A stretch of DNA of 64,000 nucleotides from Octopus sinensis (Eukaryota). The notes beneath the pieces are model-generated. The model did not search any database and was not told where the DNA came from. It saw only the letters and a list, made by a program, of their open reading frames with translations. The translations under genes were made by a program, and so were the position numbers. Numbering within the stretch: position 1 is the first letter of the stretch; the number at the start of each line of letters is the position of its first letter. Positions 10,851 through 25,154 of this stretch are shown one piece after another. The stretch lies in assembly GCF_006345805.1 (NCBI RefSeq), contig NC_042999.1:29202001-29266000 (forward strand). The letters run 5' to 3'.

Positions 10851-13800
10851 GTTTCAATGTTTGTCTAGTAACATTTTACGACTAGCTGCGTTTCAGTAAT
10901 GGCGGCTTTAAATAGGCTAGCATTTCAAACTTTAAAGCGTTGTAAATTTTTGTAATATTAATAAAATTTCGTCATTGGCTTACTAAACTGCAACAGTGTA
11001 GATTATTTGAAAATATTCTGAATTTATAAATAATTCTAAAAAGAAAAAAAAGATTTTATTTTCATTTTAATGAGCTCCCTTTTAACCTGTACTTGATATT
11101 TACCAGGAGGTTATATGCTCAGATGTGTAGAAACAAATTTACTGTTAAAGCTGTAATAATTTTGAAGCGTGTAATTCATAAATATGTGTCCGTCATATAG
11201 AGAGTAACTAAATGTGTCATGTTGCAATATAGATCACTGAAATTAATGTTGCTCAAAAAATTATGTGATAATTCGTCTCATAGTTCTTTGCAAGAATGTT
11301 GCTGGCGTACAGTTCCTTGTTGAGAAGGCTCATAACCAAATGATATTCTCCACTTGAATATATCATATTCTTATCAACAATTTCCCCCGTTTCTGTACCA
11401 TTCATAGCTCTGCTACTACAAGCGAAAATTTTACTTAGGGAATATAATAAACAAAGTTCACAGCATACCTAGGACACTGTAAGAGGTTGCTATGACACCG
11501 ACTATGTCGCCTTGGTACTAAATGTACATACGCTTATAGCCTTCTACATAGTGAGTATTTATATATTTTATACTGCAATCGATTAAGATGATGAATGGAA
11601 ATCATGGACCCCTGATTGGAGATCACTATTCCGATAGCTATTACAAAGTTTAGGGAGATTGTAGTTACATATATAGAATCTGAGAAGCATGCTAGGAGGT
11701 AATAATATGTTTTAACAAATTCAACCGGAAAGAATACTTGAATGCATTTTGACATACATGTGATACAGAAATGTACGTCGATGTTTAGTATAAATAGAAG
11801 CGTATATTCTGGAATATTGCAGCGATTTGGATGACAAAATAACAGTTTATTTCCGCCAAAATAATACCTTTATTGTTTCTTTTTGATATATACACATTTT
11901 TCTGGAATATAGCGGTAAACTAAGCTTCATTGTATAGATAAAACATCGTTTATTAATATTTTACGTATTTTCTATATTTGAAATCCAGACCGAAAATTAC
12001 AATAAATTATGTAGAATACATATTTTAAGAGGAGGTCGCCGTTTAAGAGAAAATATAGAAAATTCCAGAATCTTAATTAACTGCCTCATTCAAGCCATTA
12101 TATTTCCCATTGCTGTTCTGCACCATTGATTTGTGATATAAAAGCCGCGTACAAATACTTTCACTATTAAGCAATAAACACAGAGATATTCATATAACCT
12201 TTATATGAACCACTAATATATATGAAATAGTGTATAGCATGGCAGTATCAATACCGCACACAATGTATAATTAGATTCTCTATTTCGTAAATTAAATTGC
12301 ATTCCATCCACATCGTATATGTGTTCTGTATTTAATGACTGAATACTTTGGAGATTATAGTGTCGGTGCCTCATCGAAAGCCATAAGTGACAAATTATTC
12401 TAATTGTTACTAAACAAATATCAGAAAATCGCCGCTAACTGATTCAGCATAAGCTTTCAATTAATCTATCAGTTATTGGTTTATACTATTTTATGCATTA
12501 ATATTACTGATTTCTCTATCTTAAATCAATACACACTCTACAGAACAATACAAGTAAACGAAGAAATAAAAGGCAAGTGACAATCCTTTGTCAGCTTCAG
12601 CTTTACAATTTATTTATCAGCGGGATGTCTGGTGTTACCTTGCAGATATATGGACACAAATAGCCTGCAGTCTTTAGTAATGTGATTGTGTTCATGTGTT
12701 GTGATTTTAAACATTCAGAGTATTATCTAAGTAACTGAGTCATTCCAAAAATTTATTTACCTATATGTCATCGACTACGTTATAACTATATATTTCAAAT
12801 ACATGATGAATATATACTGCTAGATTTAAGAGCTGTGTGTGAAATTAGCGCTATTTCCTCTGCACTAATGTGATTTGAAACAAAGATTCCATTGATATTA
12901 TTGCAATAGTCTTCGGTTTCGATTCCCAATATATGATGGGGGCTAAATCTGAAGCGTTAATTTAGTTTCTTCCTATTTTATGGTGTGCAACATGTCGGAA
13001 CATCTTTTCTGCATTATTTGAGATAAATACTGTTCTTGTTCACGTATTTAATAACATGTAAATTTCTCACTAGATCTCACAATCCTATGTAAATTATCTA
13101 TATGTTAAAGGGGAAATAGTTTTAGAAGCGTCCATGGCAAAACGTGCATGAAGAGCGCATTATCTGTAAGAGGCACGATGAACATCATATCATAGATAAA
13201 AAATACTTAGGCATTTATAGCAACTGCTATGACAGTCGTGGCTCTCTACCACACGGCGAAGAGGATTCCTTTCGTCGATCAGTCAATAAACGTATCTTTA
13301 AATAATGTATAAGTAGATGGAAGTTGTAGAGAATGATAATCGTTAAATCCATTCGCAAGACGAATTAGTATACAACAATGAATGATTTCTGTAACTAGAT
13401 GTCAAATAAAGAGGACATTTCGAACAGGGCGTGTACATAATTCCTTTCTTTCCCGCCGTGTGTCCGTCTTTACAATAACCCCACTCCAATTGTAATCAAA
13501 GAAATAGAAATTGTATTTATATTACATAAATAAATATAATCATTATATTATTACACAAAATTCATAGCACAGTAAAATATTTTCTTCGCGGATGTTTGTT
13601 AAAATTCAGCTTTTTTCCTTCCTACAAATTTCCATTAACTGTGACAGCATTAATACCACTCGTGAGGTTAATGGTTTATCTTGTAATTATCTAACAATGG
13701 AGGAGAAATGACGTCTCATTACAAGTAATGAAATTGTACAGAACATGTAAATGTTTTTATTTCTTTGAGAGTAGTTTGGAAAGCTGTTAGAAAAATACAA

Positions 13801-14369
13801 CGATCTATTTCGAAATAGTCTCTTATAGTGCCAATTCCATATATAATGAAACAGTGAAACTACGAATCTAACTATAAAACTGGTGCCATTAGTCACTAAA
13901 TAAGAAATATATTATTCATACTAAGTAAGATGTGTATTGTAATTACATTTTATGCTAAAATATTACAAACGTATTTATTTAATATGTCAGATATGTATTT
14001 CCCCTCTTCTGCACATAGTTCATACACAAGTTTGCGTGACACTGTTAAAAAAACAAAAAAAAACTGACTGAAATTGATATATATCTTATGAAGTAAGAAA
14101 CGGTAGACGAAATGGCACAAATGGCAAATACACAGGCACGCACACATACAGATATACGCATCATATGCAAAGATGAGCACACACATACAGAAACACTGAC
14201 ATACACAAACACACTCATAGGTCTGCAATCAAGTAACTCATTTACACTGGGCGTGCAAAACATTACTCTAATTATTTTCTACAATAGTCACAGACTTACC
14301 AGTCTGTCGTGATTAAATTTGGATAGCCAGACGAATATATATTTAGGAAACAGAATTAAAAGCTTTTAT

Positions 14370-14582
14370 CGGATATTGGTTTCAAATTTTGGCATAAGTC
14401 CAGGACTTTCGGGAATTAAGGCAAATCGATTACATAGTCCCGAGTGCCCAACTGCTGCTCATTTTATCATCCCCGAAAGTTAAAGTTGATCTTGGTGGAA
14501 TTTGAACTCAGAATACAAAGACGCAAGGAATGCCACATAGCATTTTGTCAGGGGTGCTAGCGATTCTGCTTGTAGCGACCTT
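14370..14582 (-). mobile_element. Old copy of SINE family B
   Basis: The reverse complement contains ctgagttcaaattccaccaag and tttcgggg..ataaaat, as in family B. Confidence 0.65.
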
Positions 14583-14894
14583 ACTTTTGCCATATAGTGA
14601 CAATACAAAATAGTTTAATATTAGATTATATAGATTCACATAACGGAAGATAAAATAGGTATTAGCACGCGTGGGAATCAAGCCCACACCTTTTTAGCTT
14701 CGATGTCCATGCAAATTAATGCTCATTTTTCCTATTAAATGTCTTATATGCCATAATATTAGATGTTGTCCCCAGTGAGTCTACGGCGAAAGCATATGAT
14801 TCAATTTGCTAATATTTTACTCGCTGCCTCTTTAAATTCACGCCAAAAAGTAAGTAGCACTAGGCATTTGACCTACACTATAATGGATTACGTA

Positions 14895-14932
<38 letters not shown>

Positions 14933-16089
14933 AGAAAAAGTATCAGGTAGAAAGTAACAAAAATAAGTGACGCTTAATCGATTGCTTTGTTTATTTATAA
15001 ACAAATATAGGACTACATGAATGCACGTGGCTTACTACTAAGTGTATTCAGCTCACGATTGTAAGGTTACAATTTCGATTCCTTGTGACCTACTAAACAA
15101 AAGACCCCAAGTTTGTTCGACAATTATACTATAATACAATTATACCCAAAAGTCGAAAAGTCAAAATAAAAAGAAACAAAAAGGCCGCGTGCGAGTTAAA
15201 AATAAATAAATAAACGAAATATATATGAATGGTTTGAATGAAATAGCAGCATTTCTTTCATTTTCTGCTTTTTTTAGGTGCTAATTAATGACCGAAAACT
15301 TAATTACACTTACAATTATAATCCTCATAATTAATTAACTATTTAGTTTCAATGACTATTTGATTGACTAATATATTGATTGTTTATATCTTGTATTTCA
15401 GTAGTTTCAATCAATATTTTGCACTTACAGTCACAATAACTTGTGTTTTTTGACTACTCCAAGGAAAAATTAGACGATTCACTATTCATCAATTTTTATG
15501 TTTATATTTTTTTACATGATCTAACAAACAAACACTTATTTACAACTTATTTAATATGTTGTCAATCCAACACTGTTTTAAGTCCAACATCAAGTTGTAA
15601 ATGCGCACTAACTTTCTAGCATAAACCTATTTCTATGAAATTATCCTAATAATTTTCTCTACAAAGGTGGTGCTTGCCCTTCCACGAGAGCATGGCTTCA
15701 CATGGCGCAGGGTGGATGCATTCGATCATTTTCTTATCGTAGTTAAACTTTTTGATTTTATCATGAACCGGTGTAACTAAAGGGCACTTAAAAATTATTT
15801 TGTTTTTTAATTAGATTAATATTTATTCTCATTTCAATTCCAACACCAAAAAAGAAAATTTAAAATGATTTAACAAAAGTGTTGAATAAAAGGAAATTCT
15901 TTTAATCAGGTAAAATTATAAATTATTAATTGTCACTATTTATTAATTTATTAGCATTGCCTGGGAAAAAGTTGGTTACAATGAAAAATGTGGACGCATG
16001 GAGGTTACTATTCTCAAGTTATTAAACCTGGAAAAGTGCAGAACAAGTTATTACATATGGAAAAGTACAAGAAAAACGTATTTATACTT

Positions 16090-16805
16090 GCAGCTATATT
16101 TAAAATTTTAAAGTATATTTAGATTTACGAATTAAAAATAATAGTTCTTATTAGCTACTCGATAATTAAAAAAATACCTGAAATAATAGATTTAAACCTA
16201 CCTGTTATAAAAAAAAATCAATAGCACCACTAAGAATGTTTTTTTCAATTACAATTTTTTATATACTCCCATATCTGTACGGAATGGGTATATCGATGAG
16301 TTTATCTCACGTGACATTTCATACCATATGAAAACTGTAGCCCGAAGGCAAGAAGAATATTTTAGATGGTGTACTACCCCGCCAAACGAAAACTTTATTA
16401 GGAAGTGTTCCACTCTCTCAAGAAAACTATCCCTGTACCGTCCCCTAAGCCTCAACCCTACATTAAAGGTACCAGTCGAACTTCCCTTCTTTGAAGTTTT
16501 CGGAAGACCAGCTTTTTGGAGGATTTATCAATGAATTATAGGTTGCCAATTTTCATCAAAAAATGAATTTCTGTTGTGTACTATTTAAAAACGTTTAGTA
16601 GTTCTTAAACGCTGGTAATTAAAAAATATTTTTAATAGGGCTATTGAAAGATTTGTGCTTTTCGCTATAAGTTAGCCTTCAATTAATTATTTTAATTAAG
16701 GTTTTAATTATCACGTAGCTGGTAAAGATTATTTTTTAAGTTTTTAAAATATAGTCTAATAAGTTTTTAAAGTATAAATATTTTACAAATTTTCAATATA
16801 GCTCT
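16090..16805. mobile_element. Old MITE-like element with degenerate long inverted arms
   Basis: 16090-16255 partially matches the reverse complement of 16610-16805 (agctatatt-aaaatt, aaaataat..agctac, tcaatagc..aat-tttttt-aattac). Confidence 0.35.
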
Positions 16806-16854
16806 AACATCTTAAGTATAAATATGCAAGCCATGTATTTTTTCAGGTGTAATA

Positions 16855-17053
16855 ATTTCAGTTCTATATTTAAGAGATGAGCAATTATTTACATTTCTTA
16901 CATTTAACGGATAAGGATATTTGTCCTCATCTTGTTTGTTGTTAACACTATGTTTCGGGTGATATACCCTCCAGCCTTCAACAGGTGTCTTGGGGAAATT
17001 TCTAACCTGTGTTCTCATTGCTAAGGTATTTTTCGATGTTTTTAATGCAATGA

Positions 17054-17084
<31 letters not shown>

Positions 17085-17114
17085 AGCATTATATTGTTTT
17101 TGTTATTATTATTA

Positions 17115-17176
<62 letters not shown>

Positions 17177-17390
17177 TCATTGTCTGCAATCGAACTCGGA
17201 ATGTTCGGGTTAGTAGACTGTGCTTTTAACCACTACGCCACATGTCCGTGGGCATCACCCAAGAATGAGAACTCAGATTCGAAATTTTCCCAAGGCACCT
17301 GATGAAGTCTTGAGGGTATATCAGTCGAAACTTTGTGTTAACAGCAAACAAGAAGAGGACAAATATCCTTCAAACGTAAATAATGTGTAA
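16855..17390 (-). mobile_element. Second copy of the tail/tRNA-head/tail composite element, opposite polarity
   Basis: 16855-17040 and 17255-17390 are inverted copies of the same tail as in 9230-9712. The head is on the minus strand with a perfect A box (reverse complement of CCACTACGCCA, 17230-17240) and a B box (17186-17196), next to a long (ATT)n. Confidence 0.85.
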
Positions 17391-18289
17391 TAACTTTTCC
17401 TCTACTTTTCCCAGTATATTTACTTAATAACATTAGCCCCCAAGCGTCCGCATTTTCAATGTTATCAACTTTTTCTATGTAATGCTATTAAACTAATAAA
17501 TATCGAAAATTAATAATTCATAATTTACCTGATTTTTTTTTTCATTTTATTGAATACTTTTGTTAAATATTTGAATTTTTTATGGTTGAATTTAAAGGAG
17601 AATATTTATTAATCTAAATAATTAAATAAAAAATTATAATTGCACTTCTTTTACACTACCTCGTGAAAATATCAAAAATTGTAACTTAGAAAATGAATGA
17701 ATGCATCCACTCTGCAGCAAGCTTTAACCGGATTCACATTTTACACTGATTTTTTAAAAAAAGTTCATGTGGCTTATGTCGAAGCTGTCTTGGTTCTGAC
17801 TACCGATTCAAGCATGCCCTATTTTTATAGGGTGTTCTTGGCTCAAATTAGTATATGTTTTGAATGGGATTTTTCAGTCTTAGAAATGTTTGTGTTTTCC
17901 TCTTCGTTTGTGTTTTCGCATCAAGTGACAATGTTAGGCGTCGTAGGTTAAGACAGATACGGTTAACTGGACATGATATCTCCCAAAATGACATGTCCAA
18001 TGGTCTGAATGGTTTCTGTCAAGTGTGTGTAGAGAATTGACATATGATTAAATTTACAACCTTTTTTTACGATTCATGCTAGATCCTTGCGTTCGTGTGA
18101 CGTGACAGGATATTTTGCGCCTAAAAATAAGTCCTACACTGTTGAACGCACATGGTTTGTTATAGTCAAGGCACTCCATACGACTCTTGTCCTCTGTATT
18201 GGGAGAGTGTGCAGGAGTGGTTTAGGGTTTTAGCTCTGTAGTATACCCATGATAAGTAACAGAATGAACTTTGTGACTGAACAGTTATT

Positions 18290-19200
18290 TGTATATTTAC
18301 TCTACTAATGTTTGTTCAATCTTCGTTTGCACTTTTGTATGAACGAATTTTCTTTATTCTTTATTCATCTGTGGTATTCGTTGAGTGTAAAGAACTGGAA
18401 ATTGGGGGAATCAGTTTTTGATCATATGTCGATGTGTCCACTCAGTTGAATCTGTCTAGTACCGGGGTCTTTATTTGTTGTTAGTGAATTATCAGTCTTT
18501 TGAAAAGAGTAAGCATTGTTTGACCTATGTAATCTTCATTAAATCCTTAATATTTGATAGCGTATATCAAATGCATTGAATAAAATATTAATTGGTTTTT
18601 TTACAGTAAAAGGCAGTCTAGATTTGAATTTATATGTTGCGGCATGTGTCGCAATTGGGTTGGGGAGGCCCCACATTTAGGCTGTGGATGTAGGAATTGT
18701 TGAGAGGTAATTTAGCACTGTAAGGAATCTTTGAGGGGCTGAATTTTGGATTAGCTGGTGTATTTAGAATGCTTGTTTCATTCTTGGGTCTTATTATGAT
18801 TGTTCTGGTGGACAATATTGTAAATCTCTGCGTTTCTTAGAATGTGTGTCGTAATAAAGGGTAGAGCATTGCATTGTGTAGAGCACTTTTCGTTCTTCGT
18901 GGTTCTTCGATATTCATTCCTTTGGCATGGTCAATTTGATTCATTATTAACATAGACAATGGATATTGTTTTTTAAGTAGTACTTGTTTTTGTCCCTGTG
19001 GTCTTTTATTGCGAATTTCAGCTTTTGGAACAATTGTTCAGATACTTCTTGCTAGATCAAAGGGGGTAGTATTCTTCGTGTGTTTGGGTTTGCATAAGGA
19101 GTAGAGTAGGCATTGTTTAGAATCTATTGGTTTGTAGTGAATATCTGTTTGAATGAGGGTATTCCTTGATTATTATATTCAGAAATAATACATTAGTTTC
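18290..19200 (-). pseudogene. Penelope-like retroelement, 3' part (RT thumb + GIY-YIG endonuclease), degenerate
   Basis: Reads IQTDIHYKPIDSKQCLLYSLCKPKHTKNTTPFDLARSI (PLE thumb, TD..YKPTD...YL...S.HP.H), then PNCDTC and LIYAIKY*GFNEDYIGQT (GIY-YIG). Stops and frameshifts are present. Confidence 0.88.
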
Positions 19201-19940
19201 ACTGTATCCAATGGTAATGTTCATATATAAATTTTCCATATAGTTACTACAAATTTCATACTTGACAACCTAATCTATGAAGTAAGTATGTCAAGTCTTT
19301 TTTGAATGAGTGTTACATGGCACTATCTACCAAAATTTGATCGAATTCCTACAATCTGGCAAAATGTCGTTCGAATGTATAAAAATCCCTTCTTAATAAA
19401 TGAAAAAAAAGTAGAAGAAACCTAAACTATAGACACACAATGAGGTAGAGAGATTCTAACAGACGTGATCTCCTTGAAATATGAAATGGTGTGTAATACA
19501 CTTCAATATCAAGCAATTTCAAACTTTGTACTGAGTTAACCGGAGAGAAATCATATATATGGCCTTATTAGAGGAACAGATTAAATACTAGAAGGCGTAG
19601 TTACAGAAGGGTCGTAAAATAAATTTGATAAATATAACTCAAGGACAATGACATTTCATTTAAAAGAATGCTATTTAAAAGAAGATATAATAATATTCAA
19701 TTTATAATTGCTCTTGTAGAAAACAGATTCGAAAATTTCAACATTACACTCTTCCAAACATGATTCGTTTATCAACAAATTTATCATCTTTCAAATTTTG
19801 AAATTCTGAAAATTACTCTATGTATTTAGCGTATCTAACATACGCCCGATAGCAGCATATATATTTAATAATAAGCTATGAGTAAACTAGGTTAATAATA
19901 GCCAATCATCTAATTATATATATATATGTGTACTTATATA

Positions 19941-20171
19941 TTTCTTTATTGCCCACAAGGGGCTAAACATAGAGAGGACAAACAAGGACAGACAAAGGGA
20001 TTAGGTCGATTACATCGACCCCAGTGCGAAGCTGGTGCTTTTATTTATCGACCCCGAAAGGATGAAAGGCAAAGTCGACCTCTGCGGAATTTGAACTCAG
20101 AACGTAACGACAGACGAAATACCGCTAAGCATTCCGACCGGCGCGCTAACGTTTCTGCCAGCTCACCACCT
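19941..20171 (-). mobile_element. Young full-length SINE (family B)
   Basis: Nearly identical to 10331-10562. Flanked by TATATGTGTACTTATAT / TATATATGTACTTATAT (about 17-bp duplication with one mismatch). Confidence 0.92.
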
Positions 20172-20220
20172 TATATATATGTACTTATATGTATACACAC
20201 ACAGCAAACAGTTACGCATT

Positions 20221-20285
<65 letters not shown>

Positions 20286-20752
20286 ACACATACACCCCGG
20301 CGCACGTGTATTGTTAGCAAAGGAAGTAAATATCATTGTAATTGACTAATCTCCATGAAAATGTGTTGCAGAAAACTGAACAACCAACTGTATTTCATGC
20401 AGTCTTAGATTTATTGACGTATTGCATTGTAATATAGACGTTACTTCTAATGGCCACAAAATGGATAAATAGAAAATAAAAAGAGCTGAAAATATTTCAG
20501 TTCCTTTTTTTGTATGTATTACCACTTGGAAAACATTTTACCTAGCTCTGTTGTCTGGATGAATTCCGACAAATCTGGAAAGGCATTGGCATCAAAATAA
20601 TAAATTATATTGATTTCTTTTGATTTCTTTTTGGTCAAAGTCTCAACAACAACATCTGTTCTTTTCAATGATTATAATTCTAAAATATCTATGTAGGTAG
20701 TTGGAATGGAATTTCGCACCAATTTCTGATGTCTCACATATTAAACTAGTGC

Positions 20753-20950
20753 AAGGCGGTGAGCTGGCAGAATCGTTTGTACGCCGCGAAAAATGCTAAG
20801 CCGTATTTTGTCCGTTCAAAATCCGCTTAGGCCGAAATTGTCTTCCGTCATTTCGGAGTAGTTAAAATAAATACCAGTTGAGCACTAGGGACATAGCTAT
20901 CGCCTAACCTATTCCTTCGAACTGGCTGGCATGGTACGAACGTTTTAAAC
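20753..20950 (+). mobile_element. Old copy of SINE family B
   Basis: aaggcggtgagctggcagaatcgtt...ataccagttgagcactaggg. Confidence 0.7.
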
Positions 20951-23829
20951 CAAAATAAAAAAATCGCTTCGTGGTATTGTAACATATTCGAATAAATGAT
21001 TAATTTTTGCAATATATTTTGTAATTTTGACTCTTATTTATTAAATTGTTTTCCATCTTACTGATCTCTGCTTTATCTGATGAAAATATAACTCAAATCC
21101 CCCTCGAATCTTAAAATCTTATAATTGATGTGAAGCATTCAAAACTATATTTGCCATAATAGATCGAGCAGGTTTGACTGAAATTATTATGGCCATAGTT
21201 CTTCGAAACCATATCTGATCTGGGCTTTCACCCCATAACAAATAGAAGAAATAACATCAACATACAGCACGATCAACAGTAACAGTTAGTCTATGTAGTG
21301 AATAATGGCGACAAAAATACACTAAGCAAATATTACACTCACCAATCTATTTAGGTACTTTCTGAGAGAGGAAAATATTATTTGTGAAAGGATTTCGGTT
21401 ATATACATGCAGAATATGAACCGAGAGCGACAAAATAAAAATATTCAGTACTAGATAATTTTCACTTACTTCATAATGAATCTATCAATCGTTCATATTT
21501 CATTGTATTATCATAACCTACAATGGGTAAAGTTATGACTTTTTTCCTCAGCGTATTGATGCAAAATTATATTCAGAATGTATTTGTATCAAATGAAACG
21601 AAAACATCTTATGTGTTATATTCAAGTTTCATTTTAATAAGTGCTTTTGAATTTTGATAGAAATAGTTTAAATATACAAAGCATTCTTTTTAGAAATGAT
21701 ATACAAACAAAATGCCAGTTTTAAATAAAATCAGTTTTTATATATAAGCAAAACATACTCTATGTTATTTACCAAGTTTTCATTTTTCGCATTTCATCGC
21801 CCAACAATGTATATGCCGATTGAAGTTGCTGCATAACACACAACTAAACACACATAAAGACACAGCGGACTAACTTGTATACATACTTGTATATTATATG
21901 TATACGTATGTGTGTGTATATATGCGAGTGTATATATGTGTCTCTGTGTGTGCTTTGTGTGCAAATATATATAAATATGTGTGCATGTGTCCGTCCGGTG
22001 CTTTTATTTGCTGGGTATGTCGCTGGGGCAGCGAAAATAAGAATTTCCGAGGAACTCCTTGAATAGGAGAAATAATCACAAAATACTACATATACAGCGA
22101 GGTAATGGTTATATAATTAGCGTTAATTATATTAATGTGCTGTTAATTCTTGTGATATATCACTCAACCCAGTACAGAAAAGCTTCCACTGAGAGATTAC
22201 TGTCCAGCTTCAAACCAGGCCATATTCATATTTCTCATATTGAGTGAAAACTGGGAGAATTCGTCCAATGTACATTGTGGAATGCAACCGAAACTGTACA
22301 ACGTAACTAGATATCCCGGTTGGTATTCATGTATATAACATTTTGCAGGATGAATATAAGCAGGAGCAATTTGTTCAATATCATGCGTTTAGTGTAGTAG
22401 GAACGCAGGGATTTGATGATCACCAACCGTTGTATTGATCTCATTAATATTATGATTGGAAGTTATTTCATTTGTATTATTAACCAATACACAATCCCAT
22501 CGACGAAGGCAGAATTACTCAAAATTCTCTTTCACAATAGCATCATTCCATATTACATTAATATATTACTGGCTCTTCTTTTCTCTCTCGCTCGCTCTCA
22601 TTCCCGCTGTATATATGTATATAAGAGAGCAAGAGCGAGATATGTATATACATTTATATATGTATATTTGTACTATATTTTTACGCATGTAGGCATGTAT
22701 ACTTAACCCTATGACAGCCTATGACATCACCTAATCTTTGCGGTTGGCAGTGTATGAAATGCATATATGAAATGCAGTGAATTGTTGTTCAAGTTAGTCA
22801 AGCAGAAACCAATTTTTCATTTTGAATATATGGAGCAATGCTACTTAATATAATGCAGCAGATCTTATCTCCGCATCATGTCAGTTGGTTCTTGTTCTTG
22901 CCAGATATTCTGGCTTTGGAGCAAAATAAGTATTTATTGAAAGCATCGTTGTACTCTCAATGCATGAGCGAATAATCCTTAACATTTCAATACCGAAAAT
23001 GGCACTGACGATTGGAAATAATTGAAGGGAATAGCTCCTGTCGAAGAAATGCCAAATCTTCTGGTTTGTGGATGGTTTGTGATTGAGTCAAATAGAATAT
23101 ACTAGCAAAGATCAATACACCTATGCAGATGATTAATCCAGGTCTTGAATATGGCTCAATCACTAACGAAGCTATATATGTGGCTGAGTATACCTATGTG
23201 CGTAAAAATATTTTACATTCTCTTGAAAAGTGGTCGTCAAGTTTACTTATACTTACACTTGATATGAAAGTTCATTCAAATGTAACAGCATAATCCTAAT
23301 TTGAAAAAGGATGTATTTATAAGCACGCATATCCTTTTCAAAATATTGCCAATGTATAAGAAAACAACTATGCCAAGATTTCTGAAATTGCCTTGCTAGT
23401 TGCAATTATTTTCACTGATCATAGAGAAGATACCATTCTAGAATTACAACGCTCTCGTAAGTTATAGATGATTTTTACATCACTTTACATGTTACTGCAA
23501 TTCATCATTTCAATATTATGAAAACGGTGTCATAGACGAAGTCTCTAATACCGGGTCGATATAATTGGCTAACAATATACTTGGTACTAACCTACCTAGT
23601 TTTCAACAGCCATAAAAGAAAATGAATATAGGAGCATGTGTATATGTGTGTGCTTATGTGTGTGTGTGCGCATGTGTCTGTGTGTGCATGTGTGCGTATG
23701 TGTCTATGTTTTGGTCCGTGTGTATGTAGATTCACATTTACGCAGTTATGCCTGTGTATGCTTATGTATATATGCATATGTGTGTGTATATATGGACGCA
23801 TATATAAAAAAATATAACTGGTATTTCTT

Positions 23830-24088
23830 AGAAATCGTTGATGAGGTATGTAATTGATCTGAAGAACGAAACAGCCTGCTCCTGAAATTATCATGCAAGT
23901 GGATGAGTACTCCACAGATACGTGCACCCATATCGTAGAATTACAGGTGATTCAGTGTGATACAGAATTTTGACATCCAGGCACTGCTAATTTTCCTCGG
24001 CATCGTGAAATAAAATCGCCACCTAGAATCGAACTCAGCTCCTCAGAATCGTGAGCCGTATATCATAACAAGTAAGCCACGCACCTTC
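23830..24088 (-). mobile_element. Old tRNA-derived SINE (family A-like), internally deleted
   Basis: Head on the minus strand (gtggcttacttgtt...gagttcgattct, 24015-24088). The tail at 23830-23940 matches the 3' part of 7771-8105. Confidence 0.6.
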
Positions 24089-24432
24089 TCACATACACAA
24101 ATTCCTTTTTGTAAGGAAACATGCAACAGATTTCCTTGATTTATGAAAATTATATCCGAATTAGGCATCGTCATAAATTAGATATCCTCATTAAGAAGGA
24201 TCAATTATGACCAGCTGTACTCGAGAAGATGAAATAATTTCAAAAAGAAAATTCTTGAACCTTGAGACTAACAATCCTTCTCATTTTGACGGTTATGATA
24301 CATACTCGAAATGCGGGAATAATTTTCATCAATAAAATTCACATTGACATTCAGGTGTCTGCCATTCAAATACACGATACATGCAGGTGGGGAATTCAAG
24401 TTATTGTACTGATTTCATTCTTGATTAAAACT

Positions 24433-24442
24433 TATATATATA

Positions 24443-24493
<51 letters not shown>

Positions 24494-24540
24494 TATATGT
24501 ATATATAGTATATATGTATATATATATATACATATATATA

Positions 24541-24598
<58 letters not shown>

Positions 24599-24744
24599 AT
24601 ATATATATATGGATATATATGTGCGTGTGTGTTTGTGTCTGTGTCCGTGTGTGCACGCATGCGTGCGTGTATGTATGTATTTGTGTGCTTCCGCGTGTGT
24701 GGTCGCGTCTGTGTATGTACTAATGTCTCTATGCAAATATATAT

Positions 24745-24822
<78 letters not shown>
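24433..24822. repeat. Compound (TA)n/(TG)n microsatellite block
   Basis: Long interrupted TA runs flanking degenerate GT repeats. This block is the source of several spurious YI-rich ORFs. Confidence 0.95.
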
Positions 24823-25076
24823 AATATCCATTTATGTATCTATCCACCTGTAACTCCATAATTCTCTCTCACTAAATATGAATATGTGTGTGCATTTATA
24901 TATGTAGATCTATCTACCTGTATGTGTATATGTAGGCACCCCCACGCCCCCATTCATATACACACATAAACGCAATCACCGATGCACACAAACACACACA
25001 CACACACATATATATCATATCTAGCCAGCTACCTCTCTGTCTATCTATGTATCTATCTCTATCTCTCTCTACATAC

Positions 25077-25154
<78 letters not shown>

